DNA of 64,000 nt, taken from contig JAUVXV010000001.1 of assembly GCA_030603365.1 (NCBI GenBank), positions 64,001 to 128,000 of the forward strand. Direction: 5' to 3'. The position numbers and the translations under genes are program-made. The stretch comes from Candidatus Heimdallarchaeota archaeon. GTDB taxonomy: Archaea > Asgardarchaeota > Heimdallarchaeia > Heimdallarchaeales > Heimdallarchaeaceae. Shown piece after piece: positions 20,176-30,749 of this stretch (position 1 is its first letter; the number at the start of each line of letters is the position of its first letter). The notes below the pieces were generated by a model. The model searched no databases, was not told where the DNA came from, and worked only from the letters and a program-made list of their open reading frames with translations.

Positions 20176-20973
20176 ATGAGTAGAAGAAACCTTCCAGAAT
20201 ATGGAGATTTAGTTATAGGTACAGTAAAAACGATTTTCGATCATGGAGTATATGTTGATCTCGATGAGTATGAAGATCTTCAAGCATATTGTCACGTTTC
20301 AGAAGTAAGCTCAACCTGGGTTAGAAATATCAGAAATGTAATGAGGATTGGGAAGAAAGTTGTTGGCAGAGTTATGCGAATAAAAGAACATCAAATTGAT
20401 ATTAGTATAAAACGAGTTTCAGACGGTTTAAAAAGGTCAAAAGTTGAGGATTGGAAACGATATAAAACAGGATTGACTCTGTTAGAAATGGCAGCAAAGA
20501 AAAAGAAAGTAAATTTGGAAACTGCTAGATCCGAAGTGGAAGATCTACTAACTGATTTTTATGGAAGTTTGTACAATGGTTTCGAAGACGCCTTATTTCG
20601 AGGAGAAGCTTCATTTATAGAAGCTGAACTTCCTGAGGAATGGGCTACTATTCTCACTTCAATAGCAAAGAAAAATCTTACTATTCCCAAAGTTAACATC
20701 ACTAGAGATTTAGAGATTATGTGTTGGGAAAGTAATGGAATAACTTTGATAAAGAAAGCTTTGAGTGAAGCAAAAAAAGCGAGGGAAGAAATAGATGCTG
20801 AAGAAGAAGAACTTAGTATGAGTGTCTTTACTAGAGGATCACCAATGTACAGATTTAAAATTCAAGCTAGAGATTATGAGCTTGCAGAAGAATTAATGTC
20901 AAAAGCAGTTGAGAATATAGAAAACTGCCTTTCAGATTACAAAACTTCAGTAAAAGTTGTTGAAGTGAAATAA
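20176..20973 (+). CDS. eif2a: Translation initiation factor aIF2 alpha
   Basis: LPEYGDLVIGTV S1 domain, HVSEVS..WVRNIR, IDISIKRV. Confidence 0.95.
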   Translation: MSRRNLPEYGDLVIGTVKTIFDHGVYVDLDEYEDLQAYCHVSEVSSTWVRNIRNVMRIGKKVVGRVMRIKEHQIDISIKRVSDGLKRSKVEDWKRYKTGLTLLEMAAKKKKVNLETARSEVEDLLTDFYGSLYNGFEDALFRGEASFIEAELPEEWATILTSIAKKNLTIPKVNITRDLEIMCWESNGITLIKKALSEAKKAREEIDAEEEELSMSVFTRGSPMYRFKIQARDYELAEELMSKAVENIENCLSDYKTSVKVVEVK

Positions 20974-20975
20974 TA

Positions 20976-21140
20976 ATGACTAAATCTATATATCGTTGTC
21001 TTAAGTGTGAAAAATATACTTTGAATGAAAAAACTTGTCCTCACTGTAGTGGTCGAGTTGTGTCTCCACAACCAGCACGATTTTCTTTGGAAAAGGAGAA
21101 AAAATATTCAAAATACAGACGACAATTACTTAAAAGTTAG
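20976..21140 (+). CDS. nop10: H/ACA RNP protein Nop10
   Basis: Manual translation MTKSIYRCLKCEKYTL...CPHC...PQPARFS...YSKYRR; canonical position after aIF2alpha. Confidence 0.9.
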   Translation: MTKSIYRCLKCEKYTLNEKTCPHCSGRVVSPQPARFSLEKEKKYSKYRRQLLKS

Positions 21141-21167
21141 TAAAAGTGGAGCTAAATCTCTTTTCTT

Positions 21168-21767
21168 CTAAACAATTCGTAGAATTGCTGCTTCTATCAC
21201 ATGATATTTTTTCTTGTGAAATTTATAAGATTTAGGAATTTCAAATTCAGCTTTTATTACCTCTTTTACTTCTCTCTTTTGTCTTCTAACATAATTTGTT
21301 AAAAAGTCAATATTTTTTTCTTGATAAAGATGAATTGAATATACAACTTTGGACATTTTTAGAGCTGAGAATAAAAATTCCTGATCTTTAACAATTCCTT
21401 GTATTCCAAAAGGAGCATTCATGAATACAGTATCAAATGACTTCTCTACCTCTCTGACATCCTTGTTAATGAAATTAATTTTTACGTCTGCTTTTTTTGA
21501 GTTTTCCTTAGCAATTTCAATAGCATCATTATCTATTTCAATTCCATGAACTTCTTTTGCACCTAGAAGCTTTGCACCTATTCCAAATAATCCTGTTCCA
21601 CAACAAAGATCTCCCACTATTTTGTTTTTTAAATTTTCTAGTTGAAGAGCTCTCCATAAAATCATGGCAATTATGCGTGGAGGAGTTTGGTATTGTTCAA
21701 GATGTAATTTAGGATTCTTAAAAGATTGAAGTTGAGTTAAAAAAATCTCAATATCCTTTTGTTTCAA
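21168..21767 (-). CDS. METTL5-family rRNA adenine methyltransferase
   Basis: F.NPK..LEQY.TP, DLCCGTG, MNAPFG. Confidence 0.9.
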   Translation of the reverse strand: MKQKDIEIFLTQLQSFKNPKLHLEQYQTPPRIIAMILWRALQLENLKNKIVGDLCCGTGLFGIGAKLLGAKEVHGIEIDNDAIEIAKENSKKADVKINFINKDVREVEKSFDTVFMNAPFGIQGIVKDQEFLFSALKMSKVVYSIHLYQEKNIDFLTNYVRRQKREVKEVIKAEFEIPKSYKFHKKKYHVIEAAILRIV

Positions 21768-21773
21768 ATATTG

Positions 21774-22517
21774 TCACTCCTCTATTTTTTCAGAACAATT
21801 TTGCTTAATGGTTTTAAATATGCCAATTAATGAATGGATTTCTTCACTAGTAGAGAAACTTCGATTTATCATTGTTGTAAAACTATGAAAAACAATAGGT
21901 TTCCTATGTTCTTCATAAGGTAATGCTTCCACTATCTCTTTGAATGTATCAAATAGAATTTCTCTTTCTTTACTATTTGAACTCTTTTCTTCAGTTAATT
22001 TCACTTCTTTTTGAAAAATCAGTTTCCAAATTTCATACAGAACGACTGCCACTGCATGTGAAATATTCATCACTTTAAATTTGGCAGGAACAGGAATATT
22101 CACAAGAAAATCACAGTTTCGTAGCTCTTCATTTGATAATCCTCTATCCTCTCTTCCAAAAACAAGACCTATTTTTCCTTCCGTAACTCCTAGCATTTCA
22201 TGCAATTCCCATGGATAGGAAGGCTGTCTAAGAACATTGTAGTTTCTTCCAGCTTTTGCTGATGTTCCAATCAAGAAAGAGTAAGTATCTCTTATACTTT
22301 CGAGAGATTCCCATATTTCAGCGTTTTCTAAGTAATAATGTGAATGTTTTGCCCTCTGTCTCGCTTCATCATTGTTGTGATCAATTTGAGGTGCAACTAA
22401 TACTAATTTGTTAACATTGAAATTTTGACAGAGCCTAGCTATTGCTCCAATATTTCCACCAATTTTAGGTTCTACTAAGATGATATCAAAATTTAGTTTT
22501 GCTTTATTATTTATCAT
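21774..22517 (-). CDS. trmJ: TrmJ-family SPOUT RNA methyltransferase
   Basis: GNIGAIAR, LVFGREDRGLSNEEL, MNISHAV. Confidence 0.85.
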   Translation of the reverse strand: MINNKAKLNFDIILVEPKIGGNIGAIARLCQNFNVNKLVLVAPQIDHNNDEARQRAKHSHYYLENAEIWESLESIRDTYSFLIGTSAKAGRNYNVLRQPSYPWELHEMLGVTEGKIGLVFGREDRGLSNEELRNCDFLVNIPVPAKFKVMNISHAVAVVLYEIWKLIFQKEVKLTEEKSSNSKEREILFDTFKEIVEALPYEEHRKPIVFHSFTTMINRSFSTSEEIHSLIGIFKTIKQNCSEKIEE

Positions 22518-23139
22518 TATTATCCCAAACTTTTACTTTTACCAAATATAGTTTTTCAAAGAATATTTTTACTTCATCGTAAATTTCTAAATCAATTCCT
22601 TCATTCTTTAATTTGTTAAATGTGTTGTCAGTTGTGCCTACAGAAGAGAATATTGTATAAAAGATAGCTTGATTCTTTTGTGACTTAAGATATTTAATGA
22701 ACTCATGAGCTGCCTCAAAACCCTTATTTCCTCCTATGAGCATTAATTTCTCAAGAGCTTTTAGGTTATCTGTTTCTTCATCTTTAGGTAAGTATGGAGG
22801 ATTCCAGATAATTATATCCGGATTAAGGTGATTACTTGCATCAAGTTTATCCATGCAGATTAAGTCAATATGATTTTTAATTCCGTTCAAATTGATATTC
22901 TTTTTAATCATTTTTACAGCTTTATAGGAAATATCTGTTATTAAAAATCTAACATCCGGATATTTTTTAGCGAGAACAATTGATATTATACCGGATCCTC
23001 CCCCTAATTCAACAACAAATGTTACTTCTTTGTTAAATCGAATAGAATCTATTAGAGCGAATGTATCCTCTGCAGGGAAATAGATGTCTTCATCTATTTC
23101 AAGAACTATCTGGTACTTAGGGAAGTCATAGCTGACCAA
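22507..23139 (-). CDS. HemK2/N6AMT1-like release factor glutamine methyltransferase
   Basis: IYFPAEDT, ELGGGSG, NPPYLP. Confidence 0.85.
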   Translation of the reverse strand: MVSYDFPKYQIVLEIDEDIYFPAEDTFALIDSIRFNKEVTFVVELGGGSGIISIVLAKKYPDVRFLITDISYKAVKMIKKNINLNGIKNHIDLICMDKLDASNHLNPDIIIWNPPYLPKDEETDNLKALEKLMLIGGNKGFEAAHEFIKYLKSQKNQAIFYTIFSSVGTTDNTFNKLKNEGIDLEIYDEVKIFFEKLYLVKVKVWDNNDK

Positions 23140-23990
23140 AGATCCTCACCTAATTTAGCTTTTAAAACTGAATATAAATCAGCAAGTTCATCTATTGTTA
23201 AACTGAAAATTCTTCTTTCTAGATGTGGTAAATTATCCATTACAACGTAATCTATTAGTATGCTTTGTTTTGATTTTCTTTTAATCAAGTTAACAAGTAC
23301 ATTTCTAACTGTTTTCTTTCTTTGAGTAAAGAGTAAGGTTATGAACTGTCCAAAATCGTTGTGATCTATATCAAGAGATTTTTCCTTTTTCTTAACTGAA
23401 ACAATGGATGAAAAAACTTGAGGTTTTGGGAAAAATAAAGAAGGATTCACTGTTTTAAGATATTTACAGCTAGCTTTTAAGTTCATCATCACTGAAATTC
23501 TTGAATAATCTCGTGTTCCTGGAGATGCAAAGAATCTTTGAGCAAACTCTTTTTGATACATGAGTATAGCTATTTCAAAATCATGTTCAAGAAGTTTAAA
23601 TGTAATCGGGGAAGAAATTTGATAGGGAAGATTAGAAACACACTTCGTAAAACTAGGTAATTCTGTCTTCACGGCATCTCCTTGTAATATTTCAGTGTTT
23701 GAATAGCAACTCATAAACTCTTGAAGAAAGCTAACCATTCTTCTATCTACTTCAATTATGAATAGCTTCTTTGCTTCTTCTGCTAAGCATCTAGATAGAT
23801 TTCCAAGCCCACCACCAATTTCTAAAACAGTATCATTATGGTTGATTTCAGCTTGTTTAACCTGGTATTGAATTATATTTGAATCAATTAGGAAGTTTTG
23901 TCCTTTGTGTTTTGAAGGACTTATATTCAACTTTTTTAAACTATCAAAAACATGTTTCTTAATAGCAGAAGAAGAGTCCCAACAGCCCAT
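23106..23990 (-). CDS. rsmA: 16S rRNA dimethyladenosine transferase KsgA/Dim1
   Basis: GQNFLID, LEIGGGLG, SNLPYQISSP, QKEFAQR. Confidence 0.95.
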   Translation of the reverse strand: MGCWDSSSAIKKHVFDSLKKLNISPSKHKGQNFLIDSNIIQYQVKQAEINHNDTVLEIGGGLGNLSRCLAEEAKKLFIIEVDRRMVSFLQEFMSCYSNTEILQGDAVKTELPSFTKCVSNLPYQISSPITFKLLEHDFEIAILMYQKEFAQRFFASPGTRDYSRISVMMNLKASCKYLKTVNPSLFFPKPQVFSSIVSVKKKEKSLDIDHNDFGQFITLLFTQRKKTVRNVLVNLIKRKSKQSILIDYVVMDNLPHLERRIFSLTIDELADLYSVLKAKLGEDLWSAMTSLSTR

Positions 23991-24014
23991 TACTCAAACC
24001 CTATACCATCAATA

Positions 24015-24680
24015 TTATCTTTTTTGACCTGAATCAGAACTTGCAGTAAATAATCTGTGCTTTTCATCTTCTTCTAGTTCTTGCTTGATTCTATTAAGAA
24101 TCATTTTTCTGATGTCAGATATCTTGACTCTTTCTTCAATATCACTGAAAGAAACAAAAGGCATACCTTTTCTTGCATCTAATATCTCCCACATTAGTTT
24201 CTTTCCTATTCCAGGTATTAACTGCATAGAATGTATCCTATTTGTTATCGGTTGTGCTTTATTGAAGAATGATACAAAGCGTTTTTCATTTCTATTAATG
24301 ATTAGAAGAACAGCTTCCTCTAACGATTCATAACCTGTGTTAGTCAAGTCGTTTACTGTTACTCTGCGTTTAACTTGCTTAACAGGAGTTTTTTCACTTG
24401 TTTGTGGCAAATCTAGTTCAGAGAATTTTGCGTAATTTCCTTTTCGGTCAACAACAACATCAAGCAAACTGAACCATTTTGTGCCTATACCTTGTACGAT
24501 TGGTTCTCTTTGTTTAGTTTGCCCAAATCCTTTACCTTCTGGCAAATAATCAAGTACCAAAATACGAGATTCTACTTTTTTGAATTGCTTTATGTGAGTT
24601 ACTGCTCCAAGTATGAATTCATCACCATCAGATTGTTTTTCAGGACGTCTATTTGTCCTTGGATTTTGCTTGCTTGCCAT
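24015..24680 (-). CDS. DUF655 nucleic-acid-binding protein
   Basis: VLDYLP.G, FFNKAQPIT.RIH..QLIPGIGKK HhH; synteny with rpoF. Confidence 0.9.
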   Translation of the reverse strand: MASKQNPRTNRRPEKQSDGDEFILGAVTHIKQFKKVESRILVLDYLPEGKGFGQTKQREPIVQGIGTKWFSLLDVVVDRKGNYAKFSELDLPQTSEKTPVKQVKRRVTVNDLTNTGYESLEEAVLLIINRNEKRFVSFFNKAQPITNRIHSMQLIPGIGKKLMWEILDARKGMPFVSFSDIEERVKISDIRKMILNRIKQELEEDEKHRLFTASSDSGQKR

Positions 24681-24759
24681 ATTGTTCTCACCATATATAA
24701 TCTCGAATACAAAAAAAGTTTTTGTTTTCTTTTAAATGAACCCTAAAAACTCCATTTCT

Positions 24760-25113
24760 CTATTTTTGGTTTTCGTACTTATCAACAAATGGTTTTATGA
24801 TATCATAAATATCTTTGATATCTTGATCTGTTAGTATCTTGGGTTCTTTTGAAAGTAGATCTTTCAATTCTTCAATTGATGGGGGTAGAATATTTGCAAT
24901 TGTAAATGCTGAAAGCTTGGAAATTTTGTGCTTCTTGATAAGCTCTTTAACAATTTTTCTGGATTCTTCTGGCTCTATTCGAGCATTTTGCATAGCGTGC
25001 TCAAATGCAACTCTTTGCCAATAGGATAGTTCAGATTCTTCACTTCTTGCTTGTAAAATACCCATTGCTTCTGATATGGTTAATGGTTCCTTATTTAGAA
25101 CTTCTCTTGGCAT
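24760..25113 (-). CDS. rpoF: RNA polymerase subunit F (Rpo4)
   Basis: LTISEA...ELSYWQ...IANILP.S.EEL. Confidence 0.9.
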   Translation of the reverse strand: MPREVLNKEPLTISEAMGILQARSEESELSYWQRVAFEHAMQNARIEPEESRKIVKELIKKHKISKLSAFTIANILPPSIEELKDLLSKEPKILTDQDIKDIYDIIKPFVDKYENQK

Positions 25114-25125
25114 AAACTCACTTCA

Positions 25126-25437
25126 TTAATTACCTGTTTGAATAACAGAACGACTTAAGCGCAAATGTTCTTTTGACGCAATAATCTTTTTTATTGCATT
25201 TCCTTGTTTTATTGCAACAATGAATGCTTTTCCTTGTTTCTTTATTATTTCCCCAGTTTTTCCATGATATCTTCTATGTGGCATAGCCTTGTGTTCACTG
25301 GAGTCAATGATAATGTCAACTATATCTCCTTCGTTGAAATCACGTAATAGGTAATCCAAAGGTCTAATACCTTTTTTTCTTGTGTGTTTTTTAAAGAGAT
25401 GTCTGGTTCTGGCACGATATCCTCTAGATTTACGCAT
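25126..25437 (-). CDS. rpl21e: 50S ribosomal protein L21e
   Basis: SRGYRARTR...MPHRRYHGKTG. Confidence 0.95.
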   Translation of the reverse strand: MRKSRGYRARTRHLFKKHTRKKGIRPLDYLLRDFNEGDIVDIIIDSSEHKAMPHRRYHGKTGEIIKKQGKAFIVAIKQGNAIKKIIASKEHLRLSRSVIQTGN

Positions 25438-25562
25438 CTAATGTACACCCTTTTAGTTATTTAATACATATAAGTGAGCAAAGTCCCTCGATGTAACTTT
25501 TAATCTTTTCGTTTTACGTTTCCGTAAAATAAAAAAAAAACCACTTTAATTCCTTTTTACTT

Positions 25563-26882
25563 TTAATTGCTTTCTTTTCTAACCTCTACAACATCAAGCT
25601 CTTTACAAATTGCCTTAATTCCTGCAATTTTTGATATACTCGGATTCGTTCTATCTTCATCCCCCGATATCAATTCTTTGACATAACATCCTCCATCACA
25701 GGTAATTGTAGCTTCAATTTCAGTGTCGTTTGTTCTTAAACATTCTACTGAAAAGACTTTCTTTTTTCTGATTTTGTCGGCTCTTCTATGTAATACTCTT
25801 TGAGGTGTTTGTTGTTCTATTTCTTTATTATTGAAAAAAGCCTCAATTTTAGTTAGTGTCCCATTAGATATAGTTTTATCAAATAGAATCTTCGCTCGAT
25901 ATTTCTTTACAGTGGTTTCTGCACTCCCTTTCAAATCTCTTAACTCCTCTTTTGAAGACCACCGATATCCTGTAACTTCTATTTTTCCGCTTGCATATTT
26001 GTTTATACTCATTTGGAGCTCACCTAAATCAATAGCACGTATCTTAGGTGCTACAACCTCAAAAACAAAAGGCCGTCCATTTCCCAACATTAACGCATCT
26101 ATATCTTCTCGTCCTGCTCCATGAAGAACACCTTTTTCTCCCTCAGTAATTTTAATTGTTTCATACTCAATTAATTCCTCTATAGACTCTTGGTATCTTT
26201 TTCCTGTCTGATTACACTCATTACAACCTTTTCCCTTACATTTAAAACATGGCCATCTTGTTTGAGGTATCGTACGAAGGTATTTTAGATATCTTCCATA
26301 GATATACAGTGATCTAATTCTAGTATTGAATTTATATGAGATAGGATTAATTTCAATAACAACCTCAGGTGCATTAAAATCTGTTATAACTGCAAGTTTT
26401 TGGGCAATTTTCTTCCCTATGATTCTGTTAAATTCTTGTTTAAGAAACTCTGTTTGAGAAACATCAAATTCTTCCTTTAACTTCTTCTCTCTCTCATGAA
26501 ATTCTTTGGGTAGAATTGTACCAATTAGAAAAGTTTGAAATTTAATTTCTTCTAGGGTTGGTGTTACAATATCAACAATATCATCTATGTGTTCAAGCGT
26601 ATCTTGACAGATGAAACATTGCTGTGTTTCTTCAGGAATGTATTCTTTTTTCCTTAAGGTGCTTTTTGATAATTCTCCTCCTGACTTGGATAGTATCTGC
26701 AGAAAGGATAAATCATTCTCTTCAACTTGAATAACTGTATTCATAGTCGAAAATTCCTTGATTATAATTCCTCTCCTTTCATTTGTTGTCCCTGTTGCCA
26801 AATTAGAAAATTGTCTCCCTAGACAATGATTGCACAATGAATGTTTATTTAGAATTTCTGTAGTTCTTTTTATTAAATTCAA
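25563..26882 (-). CDS. pus10: tRNA pseudouridine synthase Pus10
   Basis: LCxxCLGRQF, HGAGREDIDALMLG.GRPF, QTPQRV.HRRAD, YVKELISGD. Confidence 0.95.
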   Translation of the reverse strand: MNLIKRTTEILNKHSLCNHCLGRQFSNLATGTTNERRGIIIKEFSTMNTVIQVEENDLSFLQILSKSGGELSKSTLRKKEYIPEETQQCFICQDTLEHIDDIVDIVTPTLEEIKFQTFLIGTILPKEFHEREKKLKEEFDVSQTEFLKQEFNRIIGKKIAQKLAVITDFNAPEVVIEINPISYKFNTRIRSLYIYGRYLKYLRTIPQTRWPCFKCKGKGCNECNQTGKRYQESIEELIEYETIKITEGEKGVLHGAGREDIDALMLGNGRPFVFEVVAPKIRAIDLGELQMSINKYASGKIEVTGYRWSSKEELRDLKGSAETTVKKYRAKILFDKTISNGTLTKIEAFFNNKEIEQQTPQRVLHRRADKIRKKKVFSVECLRTNDTEIEATITCDGGCYVKELISGDEDRTNPSISKIAGIKAICKELDVVEVRKESN

Positions 26883-26883
26883 G

Positions 26884-27471
26884 TTATTTCACACTCTCTA
26901 TCATGAAATTTGTCATAATTATCTGTTCATCTATATCTAATGGACCTAAGGAACGCTTTGTGATTTTATTTTCTAATTCAGAGAGATTTTCAAATCCATA
27001 AAAAAATACATTTGAATTGGAGGACATATTTAGTGATATGTTTTTGCTTATAGTTTTAGATGCTATAATTTGGAAACATCTTTCATTTCTATATTTATCG
27101 AAAACCCACTCCATTTTTCTTCTATGAACAGATATACCAGGTGTCAGTTTTCCTTTTTTGGAATCAGGGTTAATAATGTGGTTTTTTGCTCTTAAAAGTA
27201 AATGACCTGCTGAGAAAAAACTAGGACCTAGAAAACGTAATTCATCACCTTTGAATGTAATTTGATAAGACTCTCCTCCAAAATCAGTACAATAGTAAAC
27301 TAAATTATTTTTACGAAAATGGTTAGAAAGGAAAAAAGAATCAGCTATCGCTTTGATATATTGATTAAGCTTATTATGAGAAAATTCTGTACTATACAAA
27401 TCTGGTTTATCAAACGAGAATGAAGGTGCATTAATAATGAATACAGTTTTTGACATGAAGTTTTCACACAA
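26884..27471 (-). CDS. TrmY-like SPOUT methyltransferase (divergent)
   Basis: SFFLS..FR.N, G.ELR.L.P, TPGI, SLGP; typical position between srp54 and pus10. Confidence 0.6.
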   Translation of the reverse strand: MCENFMSKTVFIINAPSFSFDKPDLYSTEFSHNKLNQYIKAIADSFFLSNHFRKNNLVYYCTDFGGESYQITFKGDELRFLGPSFFSAGHLLLRAKNHIINPDSKKGKLTPGISVHRRKMEWVFDKYRNERCFQIIASKTISKNISLNMSSNSNVFFYGFENLSELENKITKRSLGPLDIDEQIIMTNFMIESVK

Positions 27472-27482
27472 AGTGGGTTCTC

Positions 27483-28826
27483 TTATCCTCCCAGTAATCC
27501 AGGGGGCATTCCAGGAATTTGCATTCCTCCACGACGTCCTTTACGCATGCGTTTTACGAGATTTGTCATCATTTTGTGTTGAGCTATCAGCTCTTTAACT
27601 TCTGCAATTGATCTACCACTGCCTTTTGCTATACGTTGGATTCTTGAGCTTCCTAGTTTGGTTTTTCCATCTAATTCGTCATTTGTCATCGAAGACATAA
27701 TAACTTTGAATTTTTTCATATTATCCTTTGAAAGATCCATCATGTTATCGTCTATAGTCATTCCAAGACCTGGAATCATAGACATCATCCTTTTCAAGGA
27801 ACCCGTTGAACTAAAATTGTCAAGCAATTCCATCATCTGTCGATATGATATCTTTCCACTTAACATGCTCAAGGCTTCTTCTTTTGAAGGGAGCACTTCT
27901 AGTTCTCTAACCTCTTTTAATAAACCTTCAAGATCTCCAACTCCTATTAATCTACTAACAAAAGAAGTTGGATTAAACTCTTCTAAAGCATCTATGTTTT
28001 CTCCATCTGCAAGAAACTTAATGGGGACTTTAACAGCTGCTGCTGCAGATAGGCTTCCACCACCTTTTGCAGAACCATCCATTTTTGTAACTATGACAGA
28101 ACCCACTTGAGTAGATTTTGAGAATGCAAGTGCTTGTTGATGAGCACCCTGCCCCAGATTACCATCTACTACTAAGATTATCTCATCAGGTTTAATTTTA
28201 TCTCCAATTTCTTTCATTTCTTTAAGTAGAGCTTTTTCTTCTTTGTGGCGTCCAGCAGTATCAATAAGAATGACGTTATGCTTTTCATCTAAGAATTTTT
28301 TAACACCATCAACTGCAATCTTAACTGTGTTTTTATTTTCTGGTTTTCCATAAACTGGAACATTGATAGGTGAACATAGCTGTTGAAGTTGCTCATATGC
28401 ACCAGGTCTAAAGTTATCAACAGTAACAACAGCAACTTTTTTTCCGCGTTTTTGAATATATTTTGCAAGCTTTGCGGTTGTTGTAGTTTTTCCTGAACCC
28501 TGAATACCCACAAGCATAATAATTGTTGGTTTGTTAGGGTGTAATGTTAATGGATGAGATTTTGTACCCAGAAATTTTGTTAGTTCATCATGAATAATAG
28601 ACAATACACTCTTTTTACGAGAAAGACCATCTGGAAGTTTTTTATCCATAGACTTACTTTCAACTTCATTTACTACTTCTGCTGCTAAATCAAATTGAAC
28701 ATCTGCTTCTAATAGAGCTTTAAGCATAGCATTCTTGAGTTCACGAATTTGTTCTTTATCAGGTGGCCCTCCTCTAATAATTTTAGAGATAGCTGTATTA
28801 AGAGCAGATCCAAGTTTCCCTAACAT
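27483..28826 (-). CDS. srp54: Signal recognition particle protein SRP54
   Basis: GIQGSGKTTT, DTAGRH, TKMDGSAKGG, Met-rich M domain with RIAKGSG. Confidence 0.97.
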   Translation of the reverse strand: MLGKLGSALNTAISKIIRGGPPDKEQIRELKNAMLKALLEADVQFDLAAEVVNEVESKSMDKKLPDGLSRKKSVLSIIHDELTKFLGTKSHPLTLHPNKPTIIMLVGIQGSGKTTTTAKLAKYIQKRGKKVAVVTVDNFRPGAYEQLQQLCSPINVPVYGKPENKNTVKIAVDGVKKFLDEKHNVILIDTAGRHKEEKALLKEMKEIGDKIKPDEIILVVDGNLGQGAHQQALAFSKSTQVGSVIVTKMDGSAKGGGSLSAAAAVKVPIKFLADGENIDALEEFNPTSFVSRLIGVGDLEGLLKEVRELEVLPSKEEALSMLSGKISYRQMMELLDNFSSTGSLKRMMSMIPGLGMTIDDNMMDLSKDNMKKFKVIMSSMTNDELDGKTKLGSSRIQRIAKGSGRSIAEVKELIAQHKMMTNLVKRMRKGRRGGMQIPGMPPGLLGG

Positions 28827-28912
28827 GAATAATCAAAAGAAGGAAAACAAAGAGATTAAAGAATATTTTGTTTAAAGTTAAAAGAAAAAGAGTTGAAGCT
28901 CAAAAAGCTCCT

Positions 28913-29809
28913 CTATAATTTTAATTCTTCTGGTTTAATTCGAATAGGGTCGCTAGATAGTTTTGCACTGCGTTTAACTTTAATAGAATTTACAAAATAG
29001 ATTTGTCCATTTACTTTGGTTTTCCTACCTATTTTGACATCAAAACCTTTTACATTTCCTTCCACAAGTGTTTTTGTCAAATCCACTTTATTTTTTCCAA
29101 AAACACTTCCTTGAATTTTGTATGGGTGTTTGAATGCTGAAGATATTGTTAAACTCAAAAAGCTATACCAGCGTCTTGTCCCAACATCAATGTTTTCAGC
29201 AACTAAGTTTCCACCTAATATAGAACCACCTAATATTGAAACGTCCTTTTGGGATAGTACGTTTCCATCTACTCCTAGAAATCCTGAAGTTGATAATCCA
29301 CTAACCGCTTGTAAATTGCTTTTAATTTTAAGTGACCCAGATGCTTTTGTGAAACCTTGTATGGATGTTTCACCACCAATTTTTGTAGATCCACTAAATT
29401 TTGCATTATTTCCTAAATCTAGTTCACCATCCACTTTGAAAGATCCTGAAGATTTGACTGAACCGACAATTGTTACATTCTGTCCAATCCTTACTGAACC
29501 TGAGAATTTTGCGTCAGCACTTCCCTGAAGACTCCCTTCAGTTTTAAATGATCCAGAGCTTTTTACATAACCTTGGGAAGTTATACTTCCTGCACTTTGC
29601 AAGGAGCCTGAAGATTTTAATCCTTGACATCTTAGGTCTCCTTCTATTCTTCCTGAACCAGATATTCTCAATTGTTTTGGAATCTCTCCGCCTGATATGC
29701 TTGCTGATCCAGAAACTTTAACTTCTGTATCAGATTCTCTTAAACTTCCTGCAGAGCTAATTAATGCTCTTTCATAACTTTTAGATGTTTTTTCTTGTGT
29801 GTTTTCCAT
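28913..29809 (-). CDS. Bactofilin-like beta-helical polymer-forming protein
   Basis: ~18-aa repeats of K(F/S)SGS.(K/R)(I/V).G. Confidence 0.75.
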   Translation of the reverse strand: MENTQEKTSKSYERALISSAGSLRESDTEVKVSGSASISGGEIPKQLRISGSGRIEGDLRCQGLKSSGSLQSAGSITSQGYVKSSGSFKTEGSLQGSADAKFSGSVRIGQNVTIVGSVKSSGSFKVDGELDLGNNAKFSGSTKIGGETSIQGFTKASGSLKIKSNLQAVSGLSTSGFLGVDGNVLSQKDVSILGGSILGGNLVAENIDVGTRRWYSFLSLTISSAFKHPYKIQGSVFGKNKVDLTKTLVEGNVKGFDVKIGRKTKVNGQIYFVNSIKVKRSAKLSSDPIRIKPEELKL

Positions 29810-29840
29810 TTTAATCTCTCCTTTACAACCTGTACTATAA

Positions 29841-30749
29841 TTATAATATTAGATCCTCTCTTCTGATTTGAACGGGTTCGTGTTCAAGCTGAGCTTTATT
29901 ACTTAATTCAATCCTGTCAACATAATATATGACACCTTCAACTTTAGAATATGGACCAATTTCCACATTTAATCCTTTAACATCTCCTTCTGCACGGGTA
30001 TTTGCTAAATATACTTCACCTGTTCCGAAGATATTTCCAGAAATTATAGAAGGCATTAGTTTCTTCCATCTATGTCCATAAGTGTGTCTTCCTTTGTTAA
30101 TTAAGACATCTTCCCCAACTAAATCTCCATCGACTTGTATTCTTCCTGCAATTTCAACCAATCCTTGAGATAATAGACTTCCACGTATATTAGCTGAACC
30201 TGAGAATTTAACTCCTCTTTCTGCTTGAGTGAGACTTCCACTAGAAAAGCTTCCAGCTGCAGAAATTCTTCCTTGAACTATTACTTCTCCATCTATCTTA
30301 GCAGATCCTGAGAATTTAGCATCCTTATCCACATGTAGTGATCCTGCACATTTGAAGGATCCAGCACATCCAACATCTCCATGAGCAAGTATGTTTCCAA
30401 AGCATTTCAAAGATCCAGCAGATTTTAGATTATTACATTCAACATCATTATCTATTTTTCCAGAACCTGCAATACGAATATCCTTCCTTACTTCACCGCC
30501 AGAAATTCGTGTAGAACCAGCTGCGGTTAATGATTTTTCTGTAACAGATTTAACTCCAGAAGTATAAATTTTTGATGCTTCTTTGTGTATCTCTTGATTC
30601 TGCTTAGATACCTCAAGCTTTTGTTTGTATCTTGTTTTTAACTCCACATAATTGCTTTTATCAATTTCACCATCATCAAACCTCTTTTCCAGAAGTTCTA
30701 AGAGTTCTTCATACATTTGCATTTCGTGTTTTGTCACGTTTATCACCAC
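29841..30749 (-). CDS. Bactofilin-like protein with N-terminal SHOCT-like helical domain
   Basis: Paralog of 28913-29809 (AGS/SGS repeats); N-terminal LEKRFDDGEIDKSNY. Confidence 0.75.
   Translation of the reverse strand: MVINVTKHEMQMYEELLELLEKRFDDGEIDKSNYVELKTRYKQKLEVSKQNQEIHKEASKIYTSGVKSVTEKSLTAAGSTRISGGEVRKDIRIAGSGKIDNDVECNNLKSAGSLKCFGNILAHGDVGCAGSFKCAGSLHVDKDAKFSGSAKIDGEVIVQGRISAAGSFSSGSLTQAERGVKFSGSANIRGSLLSQGLVEIAGRIQVDGDLVGEDVLINKGRHTYGHRWKKLMPSIISGNIFGTGEVYLANTRAEGDVKGLNVEIGPYSKVEGVIYYVDRIELSNKAQLEHEPVQIRREDLIL

Noticed and set aside
27658-29528. Long antisense ORFs opposite srp54 and the bactofilin-like gene, and other short nested ORFs in the track
   Set aside because: Fully overlap confidently identified genes and show no motifs
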